Shown: positions 8,677 to 18,711 of the stretch, one piece after another
How positions within the stretch are numbered: position 1 is the stretch's first letter
Layout: every line of letters starts with the position of its first letter
Assembly: GCA_964588995.1 (NCBI GenBank)
Contig: CAZPQM010000002.1
Span: 155,020-219,019, forward strand
Reading direction: 5' to 3'
DNA from: an uncultured Rickettsiales bacterium
Lineage (GTDB): Bacteria > Pseudomonadota > Alphaproteobacteria > Rickettsiales > UBA8987
DNA: 64,000 nucleotides
The notes under the pieces: generated by a model
What the model was told of the DNA's origin: nothing
Databases searched by the model: none
The model's input: the letters and a program-made list of their open reading frames with translations, nothing else
Made by a program: the position numbers and the translations under genes

Positions 8677-10908
8677 TCAAGCGATGGTTTTCGGCAGGCT
8701 GATGGTTATTGACGCTCCCAGAATGTCTTCCTGATCATTCTCGATATTTTGGATTTTCAGTGTGCCATCATGATCGGCGATCACTTTTTGTACAATGGCG
8801 AGGCCAAGGCCGGTACCGTGGGACTTGGTGGTAACATAAGGCTCAGTTGCGCGTTCGATGACATCCTGCGGGAAGCCGGTGCCGTTATCACTGATATGTA
8901 ATACGACCAGTTCCTCGGTTTCGGTTAAGGTGAGTTGTATATGCCCTTTTTCTTTCCCGCTTTGGGTGGCGAGCGCTTCCTGCACGGACTCCTGCGCGTT
9001 TTTAACCAGATTGACCAGCACCTGACCTATCTGCCCGGCATCGCAGCTGAAGGTGACATCTTCCTCCGGGATATCAAGCTCGATCGTAATCGCTTCATCG
9101 ACGAGGTTTTGCGACTCAGCAGTTTCGCGGATAATCTTACTTACATTTGCAGGTTTTATCTTGGCTTGCGGCATGCGGGCAAACTGCGAAAACTCTTCAA
9201 TAATGTCACCTATATTGCGCACATGCCGATTAATCGTATCGATATAGCGGTCAAAATTCGGCTTCCCTTCATCGATCTGTTTGCCGTATTTACTACGCAG
9301 GCGGTCAAGCGAAAGCTGAATCGGCGTCAGTGGATTTTTGATTTCATGCGCAATGCGTCGAGCCACATCGGACCAGGCGGCATTGCGCTGCGCGGCCACC
9401 AGCTCGGTAATATCGTCAAAGGTTACAACATAACCATCAATGTGGCCTTCAGTTGTTTCCTTGGCGATGCGCACCAGAAAGGTGAGGCGTTGCCCTTTCC
9501 GTCTGAGCCGTAATTCACGTTGATAGATATCGCGCTCCGAGTCGGTGAGTTCGTCGAGAAACTCTGCTATTTCGGGGAAAATACTTTCCAGTGGCGCGCC
9601 TTTAACCACTTCATGCTCAATATGCAAAAGATCGGTTGCTGCGCGGTTGGACAAGGTAATGATGCGGCCTTTATCTAGTGCCAATACACCGGCTGAGACG
9701 TTTGAAAGCACTGCCTCGTTGAGGCGGCGGCGTTCGTCAATCAAGCGGTTGACTTCCACCAGCTCGCTACGTTGTTTTTCCAGCTGGTCGGTCATGCGGT
9801 TGAAAGCGCGGCCCAGCGTGGCGGTTTCATCGTTGAGCGGTCCTTCCGGTACGCGGACATTCAGGTCGCCGCCCTTCACGCGCTCGGTCGCTTTAATCAA
9901 CCGGCTAAGCGGATTAACCAGCTCGCCCGCGAATATCATACCGCCCCAGATCGAAGCAAGCAGGATGAGCAGGGCGACCGCTATAAACACGAACGTAAAT
10001 TGCAATTGCACCTTGCCGATGCCCGAACGTAAGCGTTGATACTCATCGACCGAGCTTTGCGTCAGCTCCATGTGTGAGAGCACTTTTTCATCAATAAACC
10101 GGCCCACCAGCAGGTAGGTATCCTGCAGGGCGGGGTGGGCAAGCCTGATGAGTGCGCGTACCCGGTCGCCGCGCTCGTTGGTGAAGACGACAACATTGCC
10201 CTTAGAGGCTTTCTGAAAATAATCCGCCGGGAGTTGCTCGACCTCGAAGGTGAGGGAGAAGGTCAGATCAGATTTCGCGAGGATATTCTTGGTATCTTTG
10301 AAAATCAATGCTTCACGTAAGGAACGAATGGCCGACTGGGTGGAAATCACCTTCTTAAATTCCGCCGGATTGGCCGCGAGGCGGATGGCCTGATTGTTAA
10401 TATCGTTCGCCATGGCGAGCGCATCGGCGCGGATATTCAGCCGATGCTCCTCCAGATAGCTTTCGGCGACAGCGACGGACTCTTCCAGCGCGGTAGCGAC
10501 GCGATCATCAAACCAGCTTTGGATGCCCTGATTAAAAAAGATCACCGAAAATACGGCCATGAAAATGGTCGGGATCACGGACACCAGACTAAACATAAAG
10601 ATAATGCGACTTTGCAGGCGTGAGCCAACCGCCTGTTTTTTGCGTTCCAGTAGCAGACGAAGCAGGCGGTAGGTAATGAGCGCACCGAGCAGCAGCAACA
10701 GGCACACATTAATCAGCACCAGCCACACCACCGTTTCAGGGTCCGGGCCGAATGGGCTATCCGTTCCGAAAATAACGTAGGCGGTAAAGCTCGCTGCAAT
10801 GATGACCGCGCTAATCAGCGCGCGGTATAGAAATTTACTCCGCCGCCCACCGCGCAGCGCAGTTGCAAATAAATGTAAAGGGGAGGCGGGGGGGTCTAGC
10901 TGCGTCAT
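8677..10908 (-). CDS. ntrY: NtrY-type sensor histidine kinase
   Basis: 743 aa. Multi-TM N-terminus, HAMP, PAS, H-box (RRIAHEIKNPLTPIQL) and HATPase (GTGLGLAIV). Confidence 0.88.
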   Translation of the reverse strand: MTQLDPPASPLHLFATALRGGRRSKFLYRALISAVIIAASFTAYVIFGTDSPFGPDPETVVWLVLINVCLLLLLGALITYRLLRLLLERKKQAVGSRLQSRIIFMFSLVSVIPTIFMAVFSVIFFNQGIQSWFDDRVATALEESVAVAESYLEEHRLNIRADALAMANDINNQAIRLAANPAEFKKVISTQSAIRSLREALIFKDTKNILAKSDLTFSLTFEVEQLPADYFQKASKGNVVVFTNERGDRVRALIRLAHPALQDTYLLVGRFIDEKVLSHMELTQSSVDEYQRLRSGIGKVQLQFTFVFIAVALLILLASIWGGMIFAGELVNPLSRLIKATERVKGGDLNVRVPEGPLNDETATLGRAFNRMTDQLEKQRSELVEVNRLIDERRRLNEAVLSNVSAGVLALDKGRIITLSNRAATDLLHIEHEVVKGAPLESIFPEIAEFLDELTDSERDIYQRELRLRRKGQRLTFLVRIAKETTEGHIDGYVVTFDDITELVAAQRNAAWSDVARRIAHEIKNPLTPIQLSLDRLRSKYGKQIDEGKPNFDRYIDTINRHVRNIGDIIEEFSQFARMPQAKIKPANVSKIIRETAESQNLVDEAITIELDIPEEDVTFSCDAGQIGQVLVNLVKNAQESVQEALATQSGKEKGHIQLTLTETEELVVLHISDNGTGFPQDVIERATEPYVTTKSHGTGLGLAIVQKVIADHDGTLKIQNIENDQEDILGASITISLPKTIA

Positions 10909-10923
10909 GCTTATAATTTAGTA

Positions 10924-12228
10924 CTAATCATCCCCGACTTTGAGCGCGGCAATAAAAGCGGATTGCGGGATTTCCACATTGCCAAAGCTGCGCATCTTTT
11001 TCTTTCCCTTTTTTTGCTTTTCTAGCAGCTTTTTCTTGCGGGATATATCACCGCCATAACATTTCGCGGTTACGTCCTTCCGCATCGCGCTCACCGTCTC
11101 ACGCGCGATGATCTTACCACCGATCGCGGCTTGTATGGCGATTTTGAAGAGCTGGCGCGGGATTAAATCCTTCAGCCGGGCGCAGAGTGCGCGGCCACGC
11201 GGCTCCGCCTGCGAGCGGTGGACAATCATAGAGAGCGCATCAACCGGTTCCTGATTCACCAGAATCGAGACTTTCACCAGATCGCTTTCTTCATAGCCGG
11301 TGATTTCCCAGTCAAAACTGGCATAGCCGGAGGTGACCGATTTCAGCCGGTCGTAAAAGTCAAACACCACCTCGTTGAGTGGTAGTTTATACACCGCCAT
11401 TGCTCGGTTGCCGACATAGGTGAGGTTCTGCTGCTGCCCGCGCTTTTTGGTGCAGAGGTCAAGCACCGCGCCGAGATAGTCATCAGGCACCAGAATCGTT
11501 GCCTTGATCCACGGTTCTTCCATTGACTCGATATGAATCGGGTCGGGCATATCGGCCGGGTTATGCAGTTCTATCGTTTGAGCCGGACTGTCCTTGGTTT
11601 TTTTCATATGCAGTTTGTAAATCACGCTCGGCGCGGTAGTGATCAGGTCGATACCGAACTCACGCTCGAGCCGCTCCTGAATGATTTCCAAATGCAACAG
11701 ACCAAGGAAGCCACAACGAAAGCCGAGGCCAAGTGCGGCGGAAGATTCCTGCTCGAATTCGAAACTTGCATCGTTCAGATTGAGCTTCTCCATCGCATCG
11801 CGCATATCGTCGAACTGGTCGGCATCGGTCGGGAACAGCCCGCAGAATACGACCGGCAAGTTCGGTTTGAAGCCGGGTAGGGGTGTCTCTACCGGGTTGC
11901 TCGCATCGGTGATGGTATCGCCGACTTTGGCATCGCTGACCTGCTTAATCGACGCATTAATATAGCCGATTTCACCGGGGCCAAGCGTCTTAACCGAGGT
12001 TTTTTTCGGGCTGAAAATACCAACATCGTCTATGAGGTATTCCGCGCCGGTATTGACCATGCGCATCTTCATACCTTTTTTGAGCTCACCGGAAAACACG
12101 CGCACCAGCACAATGACACCGAGATAAGTGTCGTACCAGGAATCAACGAGTAGTGCTTTGGTTTGCATATCGCAGGGAGTATAGAGGGTTGGAAGTGGAG
12201 AGTCGAGCAGTTTGAGAGGGGTTGTCAT
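10924..12228 (-). CDS. lepA: elongation factor 4 (LepA), C-terminal fragment (domains II-V + CTD)
   Basis: [21 protein letters not shown]...[23 protein letters not shown]...[23 protein letters not shown] is unmistakable EF4. It has no G domain. The ATG lies inside a repeat terminus. Confidence 0.85.
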   Translation of the reverse strand: MTTPLKLLDSPLPTLYTPCDMQTKALLVDSWYDTYLGVIVLVRVFSGELKKGMKMRMVNTGAEYLIDDVGIFSPKKTSVKTLGPGEIGYINASIKQVSDAKVGDTITDASNPVETPLPGFKPNLPVVFCGLFPTDADQFDDMRDAMEKLNLNDASFEFEQESSAALGLGFRCGFLGLLHLEIIQERLEREFGIDLITTAPSVIYKLHMKKTKDSPAQTIELHNPADMPDPIHIESMEEPWIKATILVPDDYLGAVLDLCTKKRGQQQNLTYVGNRAMAVYKLPLNEVVFDFYDRLKSVTSGYASFDWEITGYEESDLVKVSILVNQEPVDALSMIVHRSQAEPRGRALCARLKDLIPRQLFKIAIQAAIGGKIIARETVSAMRKDVTAKCYGGDISRKKKLLEKQKKGKKKMRSFGNVEIPQSAFIAALKVGDD

Positions 12229-12507
12229 CGTGAATTTATTCCGGGTATTTTCATCGGCGCAATGGATACGGACAGGCTGTAAGACCCTCGAGTCATATAT
12301 TCGTCATTACGAGCGCAAGCGAAGTAATCTCCTTCTGATATCCTCCTGCCCCAGATTGCTGTGCTCCCCGCTGGTCGCTCACTATGACGGAATATATCGT
12401 CATCGCCCGAGGTGCGAAGCAGCTATAGGGCGATCCATCTCACCATCTACAACCCAGCCTCGCCATAGATTACCTTATAATTCGCATGCGCGCATTCGGG
12501 TAATGAC
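12222..12507. repeat. block of about three family-1 (CGTCAT...ATGACG) palindromic MITE-like units interrupting lepA
   Basis: Unit 12302-12390 (CGTCATTACGAGCG...CACTATGACGG). Unit 12398-12507 (CGTCATCGCCCGAGG...GGGTAATGAC). Partial unit about 12222-12300, which shares the 12-mer CCCGGAATAAAT plus GATGAC with the copy at 52081-52103. Confidence 0.7.
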
Positions 12508-12530
12508 TGGGCGATTGGAATGGCGTCAGG

Positions 12531-13274
12531 TTAGCGCTCGATAGGTGCCGGCAAGCGCTCGACGATGGCTTGCAGTAATTCTGCAATTCCCTGCCCGGTT
12601 TTGGCCGAAACTTCAATCGCATCGCTCGCATCAATGCCGATCACATCCTCGATCTGCGCTTTCACGCGCTCCGGCTCGGCGGAGGGGAGGTCGATCTTAT
12701 TCAGCACGACAATGATTTCATGGTCGTTCTCAATCGCCTGATAGACATTCGCCAGCGTCTGCGCTTCCACCCCTTGTGAGGCATCGACCACCAGCAACGA
12801 ACCTTCACACGCCGCTAAACTGCGGCTGACCTCATAACCGAAATCCACATGGCCGGGTGTGTCCATCAGGTTGAGGATGTACGTGCCGGGTTCGGGGTGC
12901 CCCCCCTTAATCCCCCCCGCAGGCGGGGGGGAGATAGAAGGATTGACTGCAGGCGGGGGGGAGATAGAAAGAGTATCGGATGGCGCTGGGAAGCTATTCT
13001 TTAACTCCTCCTCCCGTTTACGGGGGGAGGTTGGGAGGGGGGCTTCGTTATTGTTTTCAAGGGTGGAGTTATACTCATACTCGAGCCGTACCGTTTGGGA
13101 CTTGATGGTAATCCCGCGCTCGCGCTCAATATCCATATTGTCGAGCACCTGCTCTTTCATTTCGCGGTCAGTCAGGCCGCCGCATTCCTGAATCAGCCGG
13201 TCAGCCAGCGTGCTTTTGCCGTGATCAATATGGGCAATGATGGAAAAATTACGGATGCGTGTGATATCGGTCAT
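12531..13274 (-). CDS. lepA: elongation factor 4 (LepA), N-terminal GTPase-domain fragment with internal insertion
   Basis: [32 protein letters not shown]. It ends LPAPIER*. Its frame differs from the C-terminal fragment (305-nt offset). Confidence 0.85.
   Translation of the reverse strand: MTDITRIRNFSIIAHIDHGKSTLADRLIQECGGLTDREMKEQVLDNMDIERERGITIKSQTVRLEYEYNSTLENNNEAPLPTSPRKREEELKNSFPAPSDTLSISPPPAVNPSISPPPAGGIKGGHPEPGTYILNLMDTPGHVDFGYEVSRSLAACEGSLLVVDASQGVEAQTLANVYQAIENDHEIIVVLNKIDLPSAEPERVKAQIEDVIGIDASDAIEVSAKTGQGIAELLQAIVERLPAPIER
12888..13070. repeat. family-2 G/C-run palindromic element inserted in frame in the lepA G domain (copy 2)
   Basis: C7-GCAGGC-G7 hairpin. 21-nt direct repeat GCAGGCGGGGGGGAGATAGAA at 12919-12939 and 12949-12969 (30-nt period). 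CCTCCCGTTTACGGGGGGAGG hairpin. It translates as ...[52 protein letters not shown]. Confidence 0.7.
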
Positions 13275-13414
13275 AGGGGAAGAGTATAGAGAGGAGGAAG
13301 CGCGTAGTCGAGCGGTTTTAGCATGGCTTAGCCCATAGAAGGGTTAGATCGTACTTGCATTCCCAGTCCGATCGGCGTATGCCACCGAGAGGGTAATCAT
13401 ATGAGCATGGTTTC

Positions 13415-14794
13415 ATGAAAATTATCGTCTGTGGAGCGGGGCCAGTCGGCGCAGGGATTGCGCGTCAACTTGCCAATGAGGGCAATGACGTGACCGTGCT
13501 CGATAATTCGCCGGAGCAGATTCAGGAAGTAAACGAAACGCTTGATGTGACGGCGTATCGCGGGTTTCCGTCTCACCCTCCGGTGCTTGAGAATGCAGGC
13601 GCTTCCGATGCCGATATGATCATTGCGGTGACCAATTCCGATGAGACCAATATGGTGATTTGTCAGGTCGCACATTCGATTTTCAACATTCAGAAGAAGA
13701 TAGCGCGGATTCGACATAAAAACTACCTGATGCCGATCTGGAAGGATTTATATCGTCACGAGCATTTGCCGATCGATCATATCATATCGCCCGAAAATGA
13801 GGTGGCTGCCGCGATTATAAACCGCTTGCATGTGCCGGGTGCGACCGACTCCATCCCCATGGGGAATGATCGACTCAAGGTGATTGAGGTGCGGGTGCAG
13901 CCGGAATGCCCGCTGATTGGTCAGCCGCTCGGGCGGATCGAGGATTTGTGTAAACATTTGAAAATGTCAGTGCTTAGCATCATGCGTGAGCAGGTGTTTA
14001 TTCCGTTCAACCCCAAAGAAAAGCTGGAGCCGGGGGATGAGATTTACTTCGTGGCAGCTTCGGAAGACGTACCGGATATCATGGAGATATTTGGGGTGCA
14101 TGATCGGGAAGCGCGGCGCATATTAATCGTTGGTGGTGGTAATATCGGGTACTTCATTGCGCAACAGCTCGCAAAAGAGGACCATCGCATCAACATCAAG
14201 ATTATCGAGCTGAACGAGGAACGGGCGCAATATCTCGCTGGTAAGCTCTCGAAAATCACGGTGATCAATGGAAACTCACTCGATCAGGACATTCTGTTCG
14301 AATCCAATATCGAACAAACGGAAACGGTCATTTCGGTGAGCAATGACGACGAGGTGAATATTCTAACGTCGTTGCTGGCGAAGCGCTCCGGCGCGAAACG
14401 TTCGGTTGCGCTGGTCAATAAAGGGCGGTCATACTCGCCGCTTATTTCCTCGTTGGGTATTGATGTGATGGTTAATCCGCGCGAGATGACAGTTTCGTCT
14501 GTGTTGCAATATACGCGGAAAGGTAAGATTATCTCCGCCCATTCGATATGTTCTGGTGCGGCCGAAGTGCTGGAGGTGGAGGCGTTCAAAGAAGCATCGA
14601 TCGTGGGCCGGTCGGTTGATGATCTGGAATTGCCAAAATCTGTCAAGGTAGGTGCCATCGTACGTGATGAGATGGTGATTATTCCCAACCGGCGCACCTC
14701 CATTCATGAAAATGACCGGGTTGTGTTGATGACACCAACGGAATTTATCGGTCGGGTGGATAAGGTGCTTTCATCGCGCCATGATTATTTTTAA
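13415..14794 (+). CDS. trkA: Trk potassium uptake system protein TrkA
   Basis: 459 aa with two RCK/NAD-binding repeats (MKIIVCGAGPVGAGIA; ILIVGGGNIGYFIA). Confidence 0.9.
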   Translation: MKIIVCGAGPVGAGIARQLANEGNDVTVLDNSPEQIQEVNETLDVTAYRGFPSHPPVLENAGASDADMIIAVTNSDETNMVICQVAHSIFNIQKKIARIRHKNYLMPIWKDLYRHEHLPIDHIISPENEVAAAIINRLHVPGATDSIPMGNDRLKVIEVRVQPECPLIGQPLGRIEDLCKHLKMSVLSIMREQVFIPFNPKEKLEPGDEIYFVAASEDVPDIMEIFGVHDREARRILIVGGGNIGYFIAQQLAKEDHRINIKIIELNEERAQYLAGKLSKITVINGNSLDQDILFESNIEQTETVISVSNDDEVNILTSLLAKRSGAKRSVALVNKGRSYSPLISSLGIDVMVNPREMTVSSVLQYTRKGKIISAHSICSGAAEVLEVEAFKEASIVGRSVDDLELPKSVKVGAIVRDEMVIIPNRRTSIHENDRVVLMTPTEFIGRVDKVLSSRHDYF

Positions 14795-14885
14795 ACCCGA
14801 CAACGATAATGCAAGGTACGCGGCAGACGAGGGCGCTGACCTTACTGCTCTACGCACCATTACGGGCGGTTTATAGTATACTGCT

Positions 14886-15761
14886 ATGAATCATCGCATC
14901 GCTTACGTTAATGGTCGCTACCTTCCTGCCGGACAGGCAGCTGTGTCGATTAATGACCGCGGATTTACTTTTGCCGATGGTGTTTATGAAGTGATGTATC
15001 GCCTGAATGGCGTCCTGTTGGATGGGGCGTCGCATTTCAGGCGGCTGTATGACTCACTTGCGATGCTTTCGATGGATATGCCGGTGAGTGAGCCGACGCT
15101 TCGCCTGATAATCGATGAGCTGGCCCGAAGAAACCACATGCAGGACGGGATGGTCTATCTGCAGATAACGCGCGGGGTAGCAACGCGGAATCACGTTTAT
15201 CCTGCGAGCATGAAACCCTCGCTGGTGATTACGCTTTCGCCGCTTAAAACACCGCCAAAACGAGTCTATGAGCTGGGGCTAAAAGCAATTACGCACCCGG
15301 ATGAACGCTGGAAGCACTGCAATGCGAAAACGATCAGCCTGTTACCCAATGCGCTTGCTAAGCAAAAGGCTGCAGAGGCCGGATGTTTGGAGGCGATATT
15401 ATATAGCGAAAGAGAGGTGGTGACGGAAGCAGGGGCGTCTAACGTACTGATTGTTAATGCGGATGGTAGCCTGCAAACCCATCCGAAAAGTGCGGCAATA
15501 CTCCCCGGTATTACGCGCGATGTCTTGCTGCATTTGGCGGCTAAAGACGGTATTGAGGTTCGCGAATCCGCCTTTACGCTGGAGGCGTTGTTTGCTGCAC
15601 AAGAAGTTATGGTAACGAGTACGACCATGGGGCTGATGCCGATTATTCAGGTGGATGATCACACGGTTGGGAACGGCAAACCGGGCGAAGTGGCTGAGAG
15701 GCTGCTTGCACTCTATGATGTGCGTGTGTTAGACCTGACTGGCAAGCATTTTATAGAATAG
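14886..15761 (+). CDS. dat: class IV aminotransferase, D-amino-acid transaminase-like
   Basis: 291 aa with fold-type IV motifs (NDRGFTFADGVYEV, CNAKTISLLPNALAKQKA, EAGASNV). Confidence 0.75.
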   Translation: MNHRIAYVNGRYLPAGQAAVSINDRGFTFADGVYEVMYRLNGVLLDGASHFRRLYDSLAMLSMDMPVSEPTLRLIIDELARRNHMQDGMVYLQITRGVATRNHVYPASMKPSLVITLSPLKTPPKRVYELGLKAITHPDERWKHCNAKTISLLPNALAKQKAAEAGCLEAILYSEREVVTEAGASNVLIVNADGSLQTHPKSAAILPGITRDVLLHLAAKDGIEVRESAFTLEALFAAQEVMVTSTTMGLMPIIQVDDHTVGNGKPGEVAERLLALYDVRVLDLTGKHFIE

Positions 15762-15766
15762 GAATC

Positions 15767-16441
15767 ATGATGAAACGCCCCAAAGCCGTTCTGTTTGACT
15801 GGGATAATACTCTCGCCAATAGCTGGCCGATTATATTTGATGCGTTAACAAAAACTTTTGAGGATATGGGTCATGAGCCATGGACCTTCGAAGAGGTCAA
15901 AAGCGGGCGCGACGGTATTCACCATTCGTTGCGGGAGTCGTTCCCCCGTATCTTCGGTAAGGATTGGGAACAGGCCAAAGAGCGCTACTATGCCCATTTT
16001 CTTAAAGGCCATCTCGAGTTGATCGCACCGCTTGATGGCGCAAAAGAGGTGCTCGATGCACTCAAGGCGGCAGGTATTATCACCGGGATTGTCAGCAACA
16101 AAACCGGCAAATATCTGCGGGAAGAAGTTACGCATCTGGAATGGGACGATTATTTTCATACCGTAGTAGGCGCAACGGATGCAAAAGCAGATAAGCCCTC
16201 GGCAGACCCGGTCCTGCTTGCGCTGGAACATGTCGGTATTGAAGCCGGGGATGAGGTCTGGTTTGTCGGCGATAGTGCGACCGATGTTGAGGCGGCTTTA
16301 AACAGTAAATGCCATGCCCATGTATTTGGAGACGGCGTGATTGACCAGCTATTGATGGAAGATGAACGCCATGTTCTGCCTGTGATGCGGCATGATGACC
16401 ATACAAGGCTTCGCGCAGCTATTGATAAGGTTTTGAAATAA
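15767..16441 (+). CDS. HAD-family hydrolase (phosphoglycolate phosphatase-like)
   Basis: DWDNTL motif I, SNK motif II, GDSATD motif IV. Confidence 0.8.
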   Translation: MMKRPKAVLFDWDNTLANSWPIIFDALTKTFEDMGHEPWTFEEVKSGRDGIHHSLRESFPRIFGKDWEQAKERYYAHFLKGHLELIAPLDGAKEVLDALKAAGIITGIVSNKTGKYLREEVTHLEWDDYFHTVVGATDAKADKPSADPVLLALEHVGIEAGDEVWFVGDSATDVEAALNSKCHAHVFGDGVIDQLLMEDERHVLPVMRHDDHTRLRAAIDKVLK

Positions 16442-16454
16442 AATGAGGTAAGCC

Positions 16455-17993
16455 ATGCTGAAAGGCGCTGTAAAACTACTCATATTATCGCTGGTAGTCA
16501 TGATCGTAGGGGTAATTGCTTTTGCGCTCTATTACCCTTCCACGGTCAGTAAGGAACAGATTGTCAACCTGCTTAATGAGCGCGTATTTCTCCACAATGA
16601 TCAGCGGCTTATCGTAGAGGGTAATGCAAGCTTTTCCGTTCTGCCCGATGTATCAGCAGAGCTTGAGCAGTTCCGGCTAGTGAAGGCCGATCAACCGGAA
16701 GAAGTCATACTTGCAGGAAATGCACTCTCGCTCTCGCAAAATCTATGGCATTTCATGACGGGTAATCTCGGGCTTGAAGTGCTTGCGGATATGAAACAGG
16801 GTAAATTGAATGCGTTATTAGAAACGAGTCAGTTGAATGCGCTTCGCACCGGAGAGCCGGCTGAGGTCAGCCTCACGATCCGAGGTGATGTGAATGTGTT
16901 GCTGGAAGGCATGCTGCAACTCACGCCGGAGAGCATCGTGCTCAGTGATGCGACTTTTAAAGTCGATGATAATACCGACGGTGTGATCGACCTCACCGTT
17001 AACCTGCTGGCCAATAAACCGGATATTAATGCCGAGCTACATTTTGCGCAGCTTAGCGATAAAGGGTTGATGGCGGTTGCCGCTCCATTTGCTGCTCCGG
17101 TGCATCAGCAGGCAAGCGCTCCGAGACCGCAGCAAGGCATCTGGCGGACGGAACCGCTTGGCTTTGACGTCCTTAACACCGTCAACCTTACCCTCACCCT
17201 GAGCGCCAAAGAGCTGACCTATAATGATTTAATCCTTAGCGACGTCACAGCTTCTGCCATTATTAAAGGCGGGCGTCTGGACTTCAACGTCAAACAGGTC
17301 AAATTTTATGACGGCATGTTTTCCACGCAATTACAGGTGGATGCCAGCCAATCACCGCCTACCCTAACGCAGCGCAAGGAAGTCCGTAATTTTGCTCTAG
17401 GCCGCTACCTTGCCGATAGTGGGTTATATGACAAGTTCGAAGGGAACATCAGTATGAATTCCCGCCTGTCCAGCCGTGGCAACAGCGAAGCGGAAATCAT
17501 TCGCAACCTTTCCGGAACGGCTGATATCGTCTTAAATGACGGGTTGGTGCGCGGCTTTGATATTGTCGCGCTCGCGGATGCGGCAAAAACCGGCACGTCT
17601 CTGGATACAATGCTGCAACGGCAACCCAGTGATGCCGGAACGCGGATTCAGTCGCTCTCGGCCAGCTTCAATGTCCGCGAAGGAATCGTCCATAATCAGG
17701 ATTTACTCATCCAGATGCCGGTGACGAATTTTGACGGTAATGGCATACTGAATCTGAATACGCTACATGTCGATTACCGGCTGGTGCCGACGAAAGAAAT
17801 CAGCAAGCTCGATTTGCGGGTGCCGATTCTCATTCAGGGGGATGCGCGCAACCCGACCGTGTTCCCCGATCTTGCCAGTGTGTTGCAGCAGGGGCTGACC
17901 AAGGAGGGCGGCATCGAGGAAATCAAGAAATCCATCGATCGGCTTAAGGATGAAAACCCGGTTGATGCGTTTAAAGGGTTGCTTGGACGCTAG
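16455..17993 (+). CDS. AsmA family protein
   Basis: 512 aa with an N-terminal TM anchor and a C-terminal AsmA-like region (GTADIVLNDGLVRGFDI...). Confidence 0.7.
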   Translation: MLKGAVKLLILSLVVMIVGVIAFALYYPSTVSKEQIVNLLNERVFLHNDQRLIVEGNASFSVLPDVSAELEQFRLVKADQPEEVILAGNALSLSQNLWHFMTGNLGLEVLADMKQGKLNALLETSQLNALRTGEPAEVSLTIRGDVNVLLEGMLQLTPESIVLSDATFKVDDNTDGVIDLTVNLLANKPDINAELHFAQLSDKGLMAVAAPFAAPVHQQASAPRPQQGIWRTEPLGFDVLNTVNLTLTLSAKELTYNDLILSDVTASAIIKGGRLDFNVKQVKFYDGMFSTQLQVDASQSPPTLTQRKEVRNFALGRYLADSGLYDKFEGNISMNSRLSSRGNSEAEIIRNLSGTADIVLNDGLVRGFDIVALADAAKTGTSLDTMLQRQPSDAGTRIQSLSASFNVREGIVHNQDLLIQMPVTNFDGNGILNLNTLHVDYRLVPTKEISKLDLRVPILIQGDARNPTVFPDLASVLQQGLTKEGGIEEIKKSIDRLKDENPVDAFKGLLGR

Positions 17994-18009
17994 GCTTAGC
18001 GGAACAGGT

Positions 18010-18711
18010 TTAAGCGTAGCGCGATGCGATATAGTCCATAAATCTTGGCAGGCAGGTGCTGACCGAAGGCATATCGCCCTCACTCCGACCGGGATAAGCG
18101 GCTTTCGACCATTTGGTTTCAACCAGTCCCGGGTCGATGAGTTTTACATCAAGTGCGTTATGGGTTTGCTCGTTAGCGTAGGTCGTAAACAATGCTTCCA
18201 GCGCGGCTTTCGTTACGCTGGTCAGCCCCCAGAAGGGTTCGTGACTCTGAGCATGCTCCGCCGTCACGCCGATAATTGAGGGCTTTTCAGACACCATCAA
18301 TAGCGGGTGAAGCGCCCGCAATAATCGGAAATTAGCCTCTAAATTGACCGTGAGTGTTTCATGCCACACCTTATTTTCAATGGCGTGGAGCGGTTGCAAT
18401 CCCCCAAGAATACCGGCATTCGCTATCCATATGTCCAGTCGGCCGAACCGTTCGGCGACGTTGTGTGCGAGCAGATCGACCGAGTCGAGATGCCGTAGAT
18501 CCATGGGGACTAACGTAGCCTGACCGCCTTCCGCCTGAATCCGGTCGTCAGTTTCCTCAAGCCCGCCCACGGTCCGCGCAACGAGTATGACGTGCGCCCC
18601 TGCTTTTGCGAGCGCTACGGCAAGTTCTGCACCAATACCGCGTGAAGCCCCGGTGATTAACACATACTGGCCGGCGAGGAAAGTCACATGATCAGATGCA
18701 GCTTCAGGCAA
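18010..18711 (-). CDS. SDR family oxidoreductase
   Basis: ITGASRGIGAELA Rossmann motif. The ORF is open to 18864, but that would overlap purF by 160 nt. A TTG at 18711 overlaps the purF stop (TTGCCTGA). The start is uncertain; a GTG at 18687 is also possible. Confidence 0.75.
   Translation of the reverse strand: MPEAASDHVTFLAGQYVLITGASRGIGAELAVALAKAGAHVILVARTVGGLEETDDRIQAEGGQATLVPMDLRHLDSVDLLAHNVAERFGRLDIWIANAGILGGLQPLHAIENKVWHETLTVNLEANFRLLRALHPLLMVSEKPSIIGVTAEHAQSHEPFWGLTSVTKAALEALFTTYANEQTHNALDVKLIDPGLVETKWSKAAYPGRSEGDMPSVSTCLPRFMDYIASRYA

Noticed and set aside
12212-12544. 110-aa plus-strand ORF covering the lepA interruption; considered as a possible transposase, intein or intron-encoded protein
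   Set aside because: Its sequence (…[11 protein letters not shown]…, …RHRPRCEAAIG…) is simply the translation of the palindromic repeat arms. It has no nuclease, transposase or intein blocks. The insert carries stops in the lepA frame, so it is not an intein.
12912-12969. Direct repeats GCAGGCGGGGGGGAGATAGAA x2; considered as a mini CRISPR array
   Set aside because: There are only two copies with a 9-nt spacer, they lie inside a coding region, and they are part of the palindromic element. There are no cas genes in the window.
13275-13414. 140-nt lepA/trkA divergent spacer containing GAGGAAGCGCGTAGTCGAGCGG, vaguely like the family-1 core
   Set aside because: It has no CGTCAT/ATGACG termini and no extended hairpin, so the similarity is too weak to call a repeat copy.
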